Counted from the first letter of the stretch, positions 1-14,584 are shown. The stretch is 64,000 nucleotides of DNA from Eukaryota sp. GEM-RC1 (GCA_040285855.1 JAUFOQ010000001.1:1054001-1118000); one strand, 5' to 3'. Made by a program: numbers and translations. The notes: generated by a model not told the origin, from the letters alone.

Positions 1-1562
1 GCCGAAGAATTGCAATTTTTCTCAAAAGTTAAGATTTGGGCTTGTTGATCTTCTGAAATTTGAATTAATTTTGGAACAATTACAAGTGAGTTGAACTCCA
101 AAAGAAAACGTCTTAATTCTTTTGCTGATTTTAAAGGAGCTAATACTTGTACCAGTTGGTTAATTGGAGTAGTAATAAAATTTAAAGAATAAAAACAATT
201 TTCAAATTCATCAACATTCCAATTAGAATTCTTGTAAGAACTAACTAAATTTGGAAACAAACCACAAAACGTGTGAAGGAATGACATTGGAGGAGAGTTG
301 ACAGAAGGTTTTTGGAGAACAAACAAGTTCTGGTAAACTGCCAATTGGAGTAGACTGTAAGAACTTGGGAAACAAACTGGAAAGAATTGACATTGTTTTA
401 GAATCTTGAAGTAGATCTGCCGTTTTTACCAAGAAAAGAACCATTTACATGGTAATTTAGTGGTTTGATCAGACTTCAAGATCTCTAAGATCCAATCGTA
501 GAGGGTTTGTGTACACTCTGAATTATCAAATAAGTTAGTCAAAATTTCAAATATTTGATCAAGTCGACCACTGATAGAAAAGTACCTTAAAATCGAAAGA
601 AGTTCTTCATTTTCTTGGTTAAAAGAGAACACTGCACACTTCAAAAGGTAAAGACTATTGAAAACCTCCAGTTCCAACAGATTGACAATAAAATTGAGTG
701 GTAATCTAATTGGAGTTGAATCAGTGGTAATAGAAACTGTACTAAGAATAGATTTGAACTCATTGACAAAGTAAAAGTCATTCGCATCACCAGCTTTTTT
801 GATTAGATTGATGACGTCATCAATGGACAATGAGTAACTGGATATAAAAGAGATACAAAAGTTCTGCAGACACTCGACTTGGAAATATACAGCGAGATGG
901 AAAAATTCAAATATGTTGTTCACATTAAGGTCGATATTCTGACAATAGAAGAGGTCGAAGAACTTTTCATAAACTTCAACGAGGAAACAAAACTTCTGAG
1001 TAAAATCGTAATCATCGTCATTGTCTTCAGCCAATGGTCCAATAATTCTATTCTCAAAGAACTTAGACCAACAACAGAGCAACATTGAGTGAACCTTAAT
1101 CTTAGTACCTTTGAACTTAATGATGACGTCAGCAGTTCTACTCTCCTTCAACTTATGGACAATATCGGAAGGTTTCAGCTTGAAGACAAAGTCATTCGCC
1201 AAACCACTGACAAGGCAAGACTGACAGGCTGTGGATAACGCGGGGTAGTTGAGTTGAGAAGCGAGGATCATAATGGGGGTGAAATTTGAGGTGTTGATTG
1301 TGAGAGGTTTGCCATAGAAAGTTTGTAGAACTGAATCGACCAAATTGTCTTCAACAGTGGGGGATTTGGGGATTTGGTATACATCACTGCCTCTACTACG
1401 ACTGGCTAGGGAATCAAGGAAGGAGCTGTGAAGGGAGACGATCACTCTGTGGACAGGGAATTCATGGTCGTCGTAAGTGATAATGACGTCTGTTAAGGAG
1501 AAAGATTCACGGAACTGGTCCAGTTTTTGACACAGAATCGTTGGAGTTGGGAGGTTGTGCAT
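1..1562 (-). CDS. Tandem BTB/POZ-domain protein (frameshift near 430; probably runs off the window start)
   Basis: ORF 426..1610 has two BTB signatures (TDVIITYDDHEFPVHRVIVSLHSSFL; ADVIIKFKGTKIKVHSMLLCCWSKFF..LAVYFQVECLQNFC). First ATG is at 1562. ORF 241..444 appears to continue it in another frame. Confidence 0.8.
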
Positions 1563-2039
1563 GGGATGGTTGAGATTTTGAAATCGTCTGCAGGTCTGGT
1601 TGGATATCACATACCTTAATGTTACTAAATTCGACAGATAACTCTACAATACACGTGAATATTAAAGCTTCATTTATTATAGTAATCCTGGTCATTCAGT
1701 CTTTGCGAGTACATCACAAACCTTTTAGTCACTGATGAACAATTTCAAACACTCAAACTCTTCCTGTAACTGTCCAGTTATCAGCTTACCTTAAGTGTAG
1801 TAGGACTGTTCACGGTTAACAAAGAGCTGCTGACCACGAAAACTAAAGTCGTTGTAGTGATACCGAATTGATGATCAAAACGCACTCATGAAATAAATTA
1901 GGGAATACAGAAAGCACCTTGTAATACATGTTATGGAAGTGCTGAGGATACTTTTAAAAACTGAAAGTATTGTGAGAAATGAAAATTTTGATCAAATTCT
2001 TTGTCACATTGGTATAGTTGTTTTCATACAAGTAAAGTG

Positions 2040-2220
2040 TACGAGTTTTCATTTGAAAAATACAAAAATACAAAAATACAAAAACACATAAAATACGCTA
2101 AAATATAAAGTAAAATACAAACATATTAGTCCGCTAATCTTTTTCAACGATTACTCAACGATAACGGTGCAGAATAAAATTGTATTCGATTCCATTTCCT
2201 GCAGGTGGTTACAACGATTT
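2040..2220. repeat. Dispersed repeat, copy 1 (AAATACA-rich, probable DNA-transposon relic)
   Basis: acgagttttcatttgaaaaatac...tccatttcctgcaggtg.ttacaacgat aligns with 9292-9460. Confidence 0.75.
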
Positions 2221-4738
2221 CTACAAGTTCAAGGTTGATCTCATTCACTAATTCCAGCATCTGCGTCCTGCACCACGTCATCCTACTTGTGTTCCAGGAG
2301 TTATTTCTTGGATTGTTAGGATGAATTGAGGAAGAGACTACATCATAGAGAGGTTAATGAACAAAAGTTGTTCATTTTCACAGATTGAGATTGATAAATG
2401 CAAGTAAATCTGAACCAAATGGTATGGAAATCTAAACCATAAGGAGACTGTATCTGGCAAAGGCATTTGGTAGCATTTAGATGCACAAAAATGAGCTGAA
2501 GAAGCACTTGTCAAGCATATTGGAAAAATACAGTAAAATACAGTTTGTATTTTATATCACACTGTTTGAAAAATACATAAAATACATAAATACATAAAAT
2601 ACAGAATTCCTTATGGTTGTTTTGTTACATGTAAGTTTTTTCAAAGTACTTGTATGGTATACTGGAAAAATTATAATATGGCGCAAAAATAGAAGTAAAA
2701 CATTTAACAGTTTTCCAGAAAAATAAGTATGTATTGTGTTAATAAGTGTTTAAAGTTCTTTTAAAAATATGTGTGACATTCTGTATAGAAGTTTACCTAA
2801 CTAAAGTAGGATAACTATGATAGTTCGTACTTACAAATCTTAGTTCAAAAAGTGTAATCTAAGTTTCCTGGTACAGTCCGTATTACATAAACACTGAGTA
2901 TGAGTATTTTTAGTGTTTCCACTATTAAGATGACATGTTTTCCAGACTATCTATCTCAGGTTTAGACTAAAGATAATATTTACATCCACATTCACAAACC
3001 CTTTTCACATGGAAGAAATATGTGGAATTGGAGCAATACAGTTAGATCGGAAGTGCATCTTGATATACAACAGTATAAACATAAAGTGACAAACTCACTG
3101 CCTGCTACTACAACTACTACTTATATCTGCTACAACAAGCAAACCGTCTCTTTAGCAGGTAACCAACGGTGTGTCAGTGAGAATCAACACACACAGCCTT
3201 CAAATCCAAGTTTGGAACTTGTAAACGCCGACGTGAATAAGTATTTGACCTGGACTTTAATAGATCCATCTGATGGCAACTCTGACAGCATTCATTATTG
3301 GTGTACCAACAAAACATCCTATACATGTCTACCATTTCTATTCTTCACCAAAGCTTCACTTGAACCTAGTAGTGTTGCTTCCATCATTTCGATTTCTCTT
3401 TCATAACTGTACAAGTTAAGACCAGATGTGACTTCCATTGTTCATACTGGGCTGGTTGGAGTTACGACAAAGTCTCTGCAACTACACTTCAGAATTGGAT
3501 CAGAGTCTGGAACTATCAAGTACTGGAAAAACGTAATGTCAGTGCTTTCTCTGTCCGCATTACAGTAAACAATGTTGGATCAAATGAGTCCGCTGCCCAA
3601 ACACAATCTCCTCGTTCAACAACTGAGGAATATCTAATGGAGCAGAATTCCACACTTCAAGCTCCAGTCTATTGGTCTGGAGACAAATATGCTGCTGATA
3701 GAAGTATCACAGCCACCTCACTATTTTCGAGTCTGACTGACCTATTTACCAATAAAAGCAAACCTAAAGATGCTGAGCAAGATCAGATTGAGATTGATTT
3801 GAGACGTCGGTTCAATTCAATTTGGATTCCATTTTTAGCAATTGGCAACAATTAGAAGGGTAATTGGTGGTCAATAAATAAACATACATCTAATGAGCCT
3901 CACTGATTAGATATACAAGTTCAACAATTGTCTACACTGTTGCCATCTTACTATGTTCTTGGAGTAGTAAGTGTTAAAAAGGAATATCACAACAATAAGA
4001 TATTCCAAATATAAAAAACATTAAATGATTAGTGGGAGAAATTTCTTCTCCCACAGAGTATATCTGATATAAAATAAAATTTTGAATTCCAATCAAATAA
4101 AAGATGTTGAAAATGTATTTCAGAAGAGTTCAAAATGATGTAGCCACTATTTCGTTTCTCTGAATGATAAAAATCAAGAGATGTCACAAACTTCCGTCAT
4201 CATAAGAAAAGATCTCACGAGATTAGATTAATGTTGAAAGACTTGTACAATGTAAAAAACATCATTGTGATGTTTTAAGTGATGAGTTTGTTTGAGAATG
4301 AAGAAGATCAAGAAGATGATTTAAAAGGCATAAAGTAATGTTGTTGATATGTGAGACATATATCAAAAAAATAGGATAGTTGTCGTCACAGAACTAGGAG
4401 CCAAACTTGAAGGATAAAATTCAAAAGAGTGGTAAAAGGAAGTACAAGTAGGAAAAGGAAGACACTGTCAGACTAAAGATCAGGTGCCATTGTGGAACAC
4501 AGTTGCACAGTTGAGATCGAAAATTACTGAACTGGAAAGATCAATATAGAGATTTGAGCAAACAGTTGTAGCAGAAAAAATTGACTAAGGAATGAATGCT
4601 AAAACAGAACAGATGTAGATCTTTAAAGAACAAGAGTGATTCAAGAAGTAGACGTTCTTCAATGGAACGATCAGAGAGCAAACGTTGATGTTAGAAAGAT
4701 GAAGATATCTTTCATATACATAGACTTACACTCTTCTC

Positions 4739-6567
4739 ATGCCCGTTACCACAAGATCAAAAACAAGAGCCACCTCTTCATCTGCTCCGGTTCCTCCTAC
4801 CAACTTTTCAAAACGCAAGGTGTCTCCCACTCAACCTCCACTAAAGACGAGTCGTCCCTCAAATGACTCTCCAGCATCTCCTTTGATGACGTGTCAGGAC
4901 GTGTCATCACTCCTTCTTGACACTTCTTCCAAACATTTCTATTTCCAACAGTCCTTGTTAGTTCTTATCCAATCTTATTATCTCAGACGTCGCTTAAAGT
5001 ATTTTTTGCAGACCACAGATTTTATCGCCGCTTCTCTGATTTGTTTCATTATCTCCTCTCCTTCTTCAGGAAAGTTGGCTACGTAAGTAATCGTTTCCTT
5101 GAATCTTCTTCTCTAGCAGTTAAGGTGTTGTTGGAAAGAAACACTTGTCTTGTTTTGATTCATGAACTTCGCCTACTTTCTTACGTGGCTTCAATCTTTG
5201 AAGCAAAGGTTCATTCTGTGTGTGTGAAAGTGGACAATCGAACTCTAGTAAAAGACATTGGTGAGTATACTTCGGTTGTCACTCGTTTAAAATCAGATGA
5301 TTGTTGTCATCTACATCACTTTCTTGATCCTTCCTCTTCTGATTTCTTGTCATGTCTACGAGTTCTTGAAGTTACCAATAAGCCATCTGATAATTTATTT
5401 AATTCCTTTTGTAAATCTTTAATGGTTAATTATACTGTTGTTGAATTAAATATTGAATTTGGTTCCCTTACTTCTACTGAAGCTGCCTCGCTGGCAGAAC
5501 TGTTTTCTTCAAATAACACTTTGCAAACAATTTGTTTAAAAACAAAAAATCGATTTCAACTTCAAGAGGCAGAATCTTTGACTATCTTTATTGCAATTTC
5601 AAATAATTTAGTAATTTCAAAAATTGATTTAACTTATCTTCAAATACAGTCTTCCAATGGTCTACTTCCACTTTTAAACAGTTCTAGTCTAAAAGTATTG
5701 TTTTCCCCTTGAATTTTCATCTTGATTCTACCATATTTAATGGTCTTAAAACCAATTCATTCATTCAAGAAGTTCTGATCCAAAGTTACAGATGCGATTT
5801 TGATGATGTTTTGAAATATAACACTTCTTTAAAAAAAACTTGAAATTAGAGGATCACTTACTACTTCACTTTGTAAATCTCTTGAAAACAACAATTCATT
5901 ATTGGAATTAGTAGTTAGTTCCCCTAGATTTGACTCTAACTCACATTTCAATGACCAGATCGCTCTGTCTTTAAGTGAATTGTTACAGAGAAATACAAGT
6001 CTTTGTGTTTTAAATCTTAGTAATATAGTTGCGAGTGCGTCTAATTTTAAAACATTTTTAAAAGGATTTGAACAGAACTCCACAGTAAAGAAAGTTATCT
6101 TACCCGAACTGAACTTTGCTTGTTTAATGTTAATTTTTGAAGCAGTATATAATGGGAAATTATCATCAAGTGTTGATGTTTCTCCTCATTGCATTGATAC
6201 TGCAAAAGGTGTGTTTAGTTTTTCATCACATGGATCTAGTGGTATATGTTTTGAAAAGGTTTCGTCTCTATCTTGGTTTTTAAATTCTTTTAAAATCAAA
6301 GAACTTACTTTAAGAGGGTGTCATTTTACTTCTGAAGCGTTGACAGTTTTGTGTGATTCACTTAGGGTCAATAATTCATTGACTTTTATTGACTGCAGTT
6401 TTTTCTCTATGCTTAACAAAAGTTTCAAAGCGTTAGCTGATGCATTAGCTGTGAATACATCAGTTACTATGATTGCTTTTGCTGATACCAATATGAGTGT
6501 AAGTACTCAAAAATATATTGAACGAAAATTACGTGGTCGTATCACTTTTGAAGACAAGAATTACTGA
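4739..6567 (+). CDS. F-box-like N-domain plus degenerate LRR protein (frameshifts near 5040, 5700 and 5830)
   Basis: ORFs 4739, 5041 and 5902 chain together. Motifs FQQSLLVLI and FFRKVGYVSNRF..AVKV..ERNT are shared with the genes at 16369, 31404 and 42259. LRR-like units include LQRNTSLCVLNLS and LRVNNSLTFIDCS. Confidence 0.7.
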
Positions 6568-7020
6568 AACTTTTATTTTACTAGAATTATGGTTTGTATG
6601 TGTTCCAGAATCTGTAAGTTATTTGTGCTTTCTATTTTTAAAAGTGATATTGTTTCCAACTCAGTTCTAACATTTGTTGACACGTGTCACAACAAAGATC
6701 ACATTGCAGAAGGTTTCCAGATCGTAAGTTTTGACTGTGAGGTTATTGATCATTAATGGTACAATAGATAGTGTTTCTGATAGTCAATACAGTATATAAT
6801 ATGTTAATTTTAAAAGGGACCATCAATTCTTATTCTGTATGTTTCTCGTAGTTTTTTAGAGCAACATATTCTTTGTCCGTGAAAAAGTTGATATTGTTTG
6901 CTCTGAATCACAGTGTCGCAAGCTATCCTCAGTAAAACATCAGTACTTGGTTGGGTTATTGATGGAGCAAACAAGTCTCACACAAAAGCAAAAGAATCGA
7001 TTATGTATTCGAAAGTTGTA

Positions 7021-7111
7021 CCGTCTTCCCCCGGTTTATGTCCAAATTCGGTTTATGTCCAAATTCGGTTTATGTCCAGTCCAAGAGGTGGACATAAACC
7101 GGGGAAGACTG
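7021..7111. mobile_element. 91-bp Tc1/mariner-type MITE
   Basis: TIRs ccgtcttcccccggtttatgtcca / tggacataaaccggggaagactg, TA on both sides, internal 17-bp tandem copies of cggtttatgtccaaatt. Confidence 0.75.
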
Positions 7112-7386
7112 TATTTGAAACACTATTGAGAAACTTCGATGCTAGAGAGAATTTCACCAATCGTGCAGACCAATAGCTCCACAAGTAGTTAGACTTATAC
7201 ATCTTCACTAATCACTAACATGATTATCAAACCAAGATTAAGTGTGGTACATACGGATGAAACGCATCATGGTCAAGTAGATGACGTGTTCTACTGAAAC
7301 TGGTGTAAGAATTCGAACATTTAATTGAATTATAGTACTGGTTTAAATGAGGAGACTTACCTAGTATAATAACAATGTTATCACCT

Positions 7387-9244
7387 TTATTCAACGATTT
7401 CAAGTACATGATCATTATAATATAAGGAAGCATATGGAAAATAATTACCACTACTTAATCTGGGAAGAGTTCCAGTAACATTAGTTGCAGAATGACTCAC
7501 GGACTTGATTGTTACAGTGTAATTAACTAGATTTACATTGATCTCGAGTAATTCACCAGGATTCCAGTTAGTCTTGTTTCCTGAGAGACAGCCATAAACG
7601 GAATTATCATTATATAAACCATGAGTATTCTGATAACAACTTCCTTCAACACTAAAAGTCGACTCGTCAATGACTCCAACAAACAGACAACGACCGCTGC
7701 CCTGGTACCTCAACTTCCAAGTGTAAACACTGCCTGGAAAAGAGGGTATTCCCCCAAGATATTTCGAACCCAGTTATCGCCACTTCCAACAACAACTCTC
7801 TTCTTATCATCACTGACTTGTAACTGATAATAACTCCTAGATTGTGAGAATTTAATTGCTTTTAGTTCAGGTATTGATTGAACACCTTTAGCAAACTGAT
7901 TTAACTGTTCGATTTCTCGTTTTAAATTAGTGTTGTCGGTAACAATCTCAGAATTTGAAGTTTGTAAACGGGAATTTTCATTAAGGATTTGGGAGTGTTG
8001 TGTTTTTAGTTTCTGAACTTCAGAGGATAAACCAAAGACACTTGCGGTTAAGTTTGAGTTGTTCGTCTTTACATTAGATATTTCTCGATTTAAACAGCCT
8101 TCTTTTTCTTGGAAACATCAATTTTAAATTTTGATTATGTTGTGCATGTTTTGAATTTTCTCCCTTTAAGTACACATTTTCTTCATGAAGTCTGCTAATA
8201 TCCTGATTTAATTGCAAAGCTAGACTAAAAACCTCCTCATATGTGGGTTGTAAAGGTGCTTGTCGGAAATGTTCACCAACAGCTTCCAAAACGTTGATAT
8301 TATTCAAAATTTCAATTATCTCGTTAATTTTGGGTCTTAATAAAGGATCTGGACTCATACATCTCCTAATTAATTCCATCAAACACGTAGGTGTTGATTT
8401 GTCGAAAGGCAATGATTTGCCTTTCATTTTGGCGCCAAAAATCTGCATCATTGGATATCCTTCAAACGCTTCTTTCCCAGTAAGAAGTTCATATAGAACT
8501 ATTCCAAGTGAATAAATATCACTAGCATGACTAGGATCTGAATCAAACTGCTCAGGAGCAGCATACTTTGGGGTCATTGCATTGGTTCTAGTTACAAGAC
8601 TCGTAGCAGAAACGTTTTTAGAGGTGCCAAAATCGGCAACCCTAACGTGGTCATCAACAAGTAGAATGTTTGCTGGTTTTAGATCACCATGAACTACTGA
8701 CTTTAGGTGAAGGAATTTAACAGCTTGGCATAGCTCTTTGGCGTATCTCAAAGTTGATGTCGTGAGAGAGTTTGGGGAGGGGGAGGGAAGAGGAGGCGCT
8801 TTCCATTATAATGCCAATGGAATCTGGGAAGAAGGAGATTCCAAAGACACGAAGTATGGATGGATGGTTGAGGTTGATGAGGAGATTCAGTTCTTGTTGA
8901 AGTTTGAGCTTTCCTTTCTCAGTTAGAGACACCATTTTGACGGCAACTGAGAGATCGAACCATTTAGCAGAGTATACAACAGCAAAACCTCCTTCCGCAA
9001 TCCTTTCTCCAAGAACGATCTGGTTTGAAGGGATCTGGGGGCAAAGATCTCCATTACGGGAAGCCTGTACAAGATCTTGCAGTGCAAAGTTGACTTTTCT
9101 CTCTTCGAGACAGTTGGAAGCACAAAGAGGACATTTATTAAGTTTCGCTGAACATTTAGAGCAAGCAGAGTGACCTTCGCCACAGATGAGTAGGGGAAGG
9201 CGGTTAGAGAGATTGAAAGCCTCACAGCAACTGAAGCATTCCAT
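7387..9244 (-). CDS. RING - Ser/Thr (TKL-like) kinase - coiled coil - SPRY-like protein (frameshifts near 8770, 8100 and 7740)
   Basis: MECFSCC..RLPLLICGEGHSACSKC..CPLC; IAEGGFAVVY, VAVK, HGDLKPANIL, DFG, YAAPE; heptad-rich linker; C-terminal YTWKLRYQG..LFVGVIDE..WNPGELLEINVNL..YFPY..LEIVE. Confidence 0.85.
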
Positions 9245-9291
9245 GTTGAAAATTAAGCACACCTACGATACATGTACATTACTTATAAAAT

Positions 9292-9460
9292 ACACGAGTT
9301 TTCATTTGAAAAATACATAAAATGTACATAAAATGCACTAAAATTCAAAGTAAAATACAAACACATCAGTCGGTTAATCTTCTTCAACGAGTACTAAATG
9401 ATGACGGTACAGGATAAGATTGTATTTGTTTCCATTTCCTGCAGGTGATTACAACGATGT
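9292..9460. repeat. Dispersed repeat, copy 2
   Basis: Colinear with 2040-2220. Confidence 0.75.
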
Positions 9461-9892
9461 CCAACAAAAATTTAACAAACTACATACAGATTAATACCAA
9501 AAAAATTAGAAAGTTCCATATCAGCAATATACGATTGACATACGTTAACTGGCAAAATCAACAATTGCCGTTTATTTTCTGAAATTTTTTCATACAATAC
9601 ACTACTTATTGCCGATATTGAACTGTTCATAGTATTGTCCCAACTTTGCCCCCACATCAGAATAAAAACTCACCATCACTAGAAAAAGTTTTTTGAAGAG
9701 TCTGGATCATTGTTAGATTTATGAAGCCAAAATCTCCATCGGCCCAGTTTGTTTCTCAATTATGATTGTCTTTTTTGGGACTGTTCTTTGTTTATCAATA
9801 TGTATAAAATACAACTTTAGAACTTTCTTTTTGAGAGTAAGCTTCGGATCGAAAATATTTTCGATTCAGTCGTAGACGGCTCTTATGCCTTA

Positions 9893-10894
9893 ATGAACTC
9901 TTTGGAGGAGTTAGTTCAAGGTTTGCCTATTGAAGTTTGGAACAAAAGTTTCCCGAAAAGTGTTTCATCTATTCCTGATCGATCAATTGCATTTCTACCT
10001 CTTGATGTAGTTAAGTTACAGAATGCAACATTACTTGGGTTGGAAGACTTGTATTTTAGTAAAAGACTTAGTGTGACTAAGATTAATAATGCCGTCTTTG
10101 CAGCTTTTTTTATGTGACATTCAACAATGTTCTCGCTTCATCACTCAACAACCAAGACCATTTGTTTTACATTTGAACAATGACACTTGGAAGCAAAATA
10201 TGCGTCTTCGATTAGGTTTATTCCCTAGTGGTTTGCTAAATAATTCAATCTGTGTTTGCGATAACCGATCTACAGCCACATTTCGTCGTGTTGTTAGTTG
10301 CAAGAAATTTTTGCAATTTCGATCTGTTCTACATAACGCTGTTCGTGACGTTACTTTTGAAATGTTCAAATCCTACAATCATAGTTGTAAAATTGAACCT
10401 CTTCTGAAACATTATAGTGGCAAAAACGTGTTTGATTCTCGTCGTGGTGACTTAATTGCTCCTTTCCTAGATTCATCTCAAGTTGTGGTTGATTTTAGTA
10501 TAGTTGTCCGTTTGCAAAAGTCTACCAAGACTCCGTATTGAATGATTCGAATGGTCATATGGAAAAGGCTGAACAGCGGAAGTGTTCAAATTATGCGGAT
10601 GCTTTGCAGAAGCTTAATGAAAATCTATATTCTAAGTTTTCATTTGTTCCATTTGCAATTTCTATTTTTGGTAATACATGTATTGGTCCAACCGGTTTAA
10701 AGTTTTTTAGTGATTTTAGTCTTTTATGTCGTTCTAATGGCAAAATGTTTAATAGCGCTGCTAGTGTATGGATTAATCGAATTTTGTTCGCTCTTTATAG
10801 AAGCATTCCCAAGTATTTGAGTTCCATTTATTCGAAGTTGTGTAGGCACAATTGTCGTGTTGATATGGAGAATTTAACTTCTTTCATTTTCTGA
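9893..10894 (+). mobile_element. 5'-truncated non-LTR retrotransposon relic with restriction-like endonuclease (CRE/R2/NeSL type)
   Basis: MRLRLGL..CVC..C..HNAVRD..KIEP..RRGDLI..VVDF..AEQRK..Y..FVPFAISIFG..G matches the zinc-knuckle plus RLE C-terminal pattern. Split over three frames. Confidence 0.75.
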
Positions 10895-12937
10895 ATTAGT
10901 ATGTATTAATTTATTGCTACAAATAAACTCTTATATTTGTTTAAAATTGAAAATAGATATAGAAAGCACAATCAGCGATTACAGCTACTATGGGAAACAC
11001 ATGCCAACCTTTAGTTTTACCTGTATTATACTCGCACATGATAGCCAAGTATCCCATCAGTCCACAAGAAGATGTGTTGCAATGAATGAAATGAAATCTT
11101 CCAATGTGACTCTGGATTAATGCATCATATAATGACCAGGCATTCCTCCAAGTTCCAGTGTACTGAATGCTCGAAAGTATGTACCCACTACCAACTAATC
11201 ATAGACTTTTGGGTCAGGTGTTCATTATCTTTCATCCTTTTGAAACTGGTGTTATTCCCTAGGATCAAGAACAATGACAAAGAGATCAGGGGTCTTGCCC
11301 TTGGGATATTTGAACTACAGAAACTGTACCCACAAAAAAACAAAGGCTGTCTACAGACCCTCGGTCCTCCTCCTATGCAGTCATCTCGAATGGTCAAGCA
11401 GTTCTTCGTGATGATCATTAGAGTTTGTCATGTTATACATAAAATCTATCTCTAATAAAAGGGAACAACAAATCCATGCCCCACTGCACGAAGACCGCGA
11501 AGTACTTGATTCGACAAAACTACCGTCTCAAGAAGAATTTTCAGGTCAAATCAAACGCCCCGAGGAAGTAATCGTATACAAGGTTATCGACCGAACCTTG
11601 GGCACAACTGAGGTGATCGAAAAGTCCGAATTCGACGACCTCACTCGTCAGGTAAGTAGTGCTTCTTCTAGAGATCCCTAACAAGTCAACAAAGACTCCA
11701 AGAAAGAAACAGAAGAAAAGAGCTACCATCCAACGTTCACCTTCACCTTCACCGACACCACCCGGATATAGACCTCCAATGTATAGTCCTAGTCCTGCTT
11801 CAGCGCGTAGAGAATATGCCCGCCAGCAAGAAGAATGGAAACACCGAAAAGAGAGTCGTCGAGAGCTATCCCCATCTAACCCCGAGGATTCAATATCTTT
11901 AAATATACATTGTTAACCAGTGTTGGAATTCTTAGCGGAGCAAATTTCTTCCTCCACTGAATAGAATTACAAACAAAACCATAAAAACAGAGAAATTAAC
12001 ATCACCTAAATAATGAAGACGGAAAAAAGAAAGAATCAAAATAACTCTGAATCAGGTGAGAAATGCAGACTTACGTTAAATATAAGATTCGCAAGCAAAT
12101 ATTTAACAAACATGAAAACGTGTCAACAATCATGTGACACTTCGAAGAATTCAAGCTGTTGGTCTATCAAATCTTTTGAGTTAGCACCATCAAAATGGGT
12201 GATGATTAGGGTCAATAATAACTCTTTAACCAAGCGTAGAAGTAGAACAACAATGACTGAGTGGATGAGAACATAAAAGTTTGTTTTGCTATAGTGTCAT
12301 ACAAGGTCAACAAATGATGAAACTGAGGGAGTAGAAAATTACCGTTCAGCAAAGAGAGTTGCCAAGAAAATAATGACCAAAAGCAAGTTACTAGCCTTCT
12401 TAAGGATATAGGTCAAAATTCAACGAGAAACCTCACGATTCTTGTTGACGAACAGCATGTCTGTACTGTTGTGACTCATCAACACGACATGTTTCAGGTA
12501 TCTCCTCGTTTTGTAAGGATATCTGTTGTGCATGAGGAACTTCTCCATACGCATATTTCCCAATTTGATGACGTCTTCAATCTCATCTCTATATTCTCTA
12601 TAAATTAAGATCTTGAATCATATTTATAATCTTTTTCGATGATTTTCATCGTCTATCAAACTCACCCAGGGATGTGAAAGAATATATTTATTTCAATAAA
12701 TGGTTCGCGAGGAAAATCAATAAATTGTTATTAAGCCTCCAACAGTAAATATATTGGTAGGGTCAAATTTGGCAATAAATAAATACATATATTGTTAATA
12801 TTTCTACGTAATCTTATGACTTCTATTTTTTCCTCTATTCAGTCATCCTTAAAGTCTTCTTCACTTTGCAACAAAACCAGTCAGGGAGTTACTAGTAAGA
12901 ATTGTGCGAAAAGTTCTACACCCTAGGTTAGTTATAC

Positions 12938-13804
12938 CATTGCCTACGGAAAAATATTTGTATTTAAATATTTACAATAAATAATGATATTTTATTTATA
13001 TTTTCAAGTGGGTTTCTCCATTATTTATTTTGTGAAAACAGAAAATAAAAAATTATTTTTATATTTTTTGCTCTCTCACCGGACAACCTATGAAGGTGAA
13101 AACTGCAACATGTTGCAATCCGTCACATTTTCAACTCAGTACGGTCTTCGTCATTTACTTAGACTAGATACAGAACTCAGTGCAGTAGAAAAGCGTACAC
13201 TTTCTAAACTATTTTTGATTCGATTTTAAACTGTCTTTTTGACTTGAGCATGAATATGAGATGATGTAGTGGTCTTGGTAGCGCCTTTGTAAATATTGAT
13301 GGTATCTTGTGTAAATACAAGGCGTTTTTCCTTTCTGGGCTTGACAAAGTTCATTCCCCTATCGAAATAGAGCCAGACGAAATTGGTTTAAAAATTTCTA
13401 CTCATCGTAACACAAAACCGCTAATCCCGTGGTATTGATTGTATTCTTCCAACCCTGAAACTTTCCAAATATGTGAAAATGTGTTTGCTGTTGTTCGGTA
13501 ACTGTTGGACAGCATCGCTTTGGTTTGACCACATTCTCGTTGAATAGAACACTGTGTCTACATTAAAATCATTCCTTCTTAACACTGAAACCTATCTGGG
13601 AAGTTATAAGAACACACAAAACCTGGAGAGGTACTAGTGTTCGTGTTAGATCACGTTTGTGAAGTGTTGTAGCATCCTTGTTTCCATTGAGTAAATAATT
13701 TACATAATTGCAATTATTTAGTTTCTTCATCGGCAATAACTCATATTTATTTATTCAAGAAAAAGTTTGAAATATTTTATTTAAATATTTTTCCGTAGGC
13801 CCTG
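12938..13804. mobile_element. hAT-type non-autonomous DNA transposon
   Basis: Left end cattgcctacggaaaaatattt; reverse complement of right end cagggcctacggaaaaatattt; 8-bp TSD agttatac (12930-12937) / agtaatac (13805-13812). Confidence 0.8.
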
Positions 13805-14584
13805 AGTAATACATAGCTTAATACATGTCGATACGTTGTTTTTCCAGACTTGATGGATGGACTCAATTATTGCTCATGGCAGATCTATTTGACTTTGTTT
13901 CTTTCTTTTCTGCTGAGAATACTTCTGTTGTCCTTTACACCGATATAACCGATGCTCAACAGTCGACTGTAGACAGTACACTAATACCGTTTTGGACTAG
14001 TGAAACTAAGAATCGTAATGGTTCATCCATCCGCATCAATGATATCGACTAGTTCACTGACTTGAATTAAGCGTTCAATTCTAATTTCAGATCTACTAGT
14101 AGCTGTTGTTCCCTTGATTTCTTCAAAGATCTTGTGTGACACCTTGTAAATTACAGGTGGTAATTTTTGTTGATAATGACGCTAGTTAAATGTCGCAGTT
14201 TCGAAAGCGTAATATGTTACTAAATGAGTTGCACTCGACTTGACTTGAAACCCTCTGAGTACTCTCGCACTGGAGTCGACTTACAACTTAAGATACTATT
14301 TTTGATTTAATGTACATGAGGCGATAGTCAAATGTGAAGTTTGGTTAATTGTTTGAATTCAAATGATCATGAACTGGAATGAAGGACGACGTGTATTGTT
14401 GTAGTACGTTTAAACTCAATGTTGAGACAGTAGGTCTATTGGTCAATTGACATATTTACATGCGATATATATGCTATAAATGATTTACCGACAGAAATTT
14501 TTAGAGGATATATGATCTGAAGGAAATGGAATTTCTGCCCCTTTAAAGTTCATTAACAACAAAACACAAATCATTTATTAAAAT

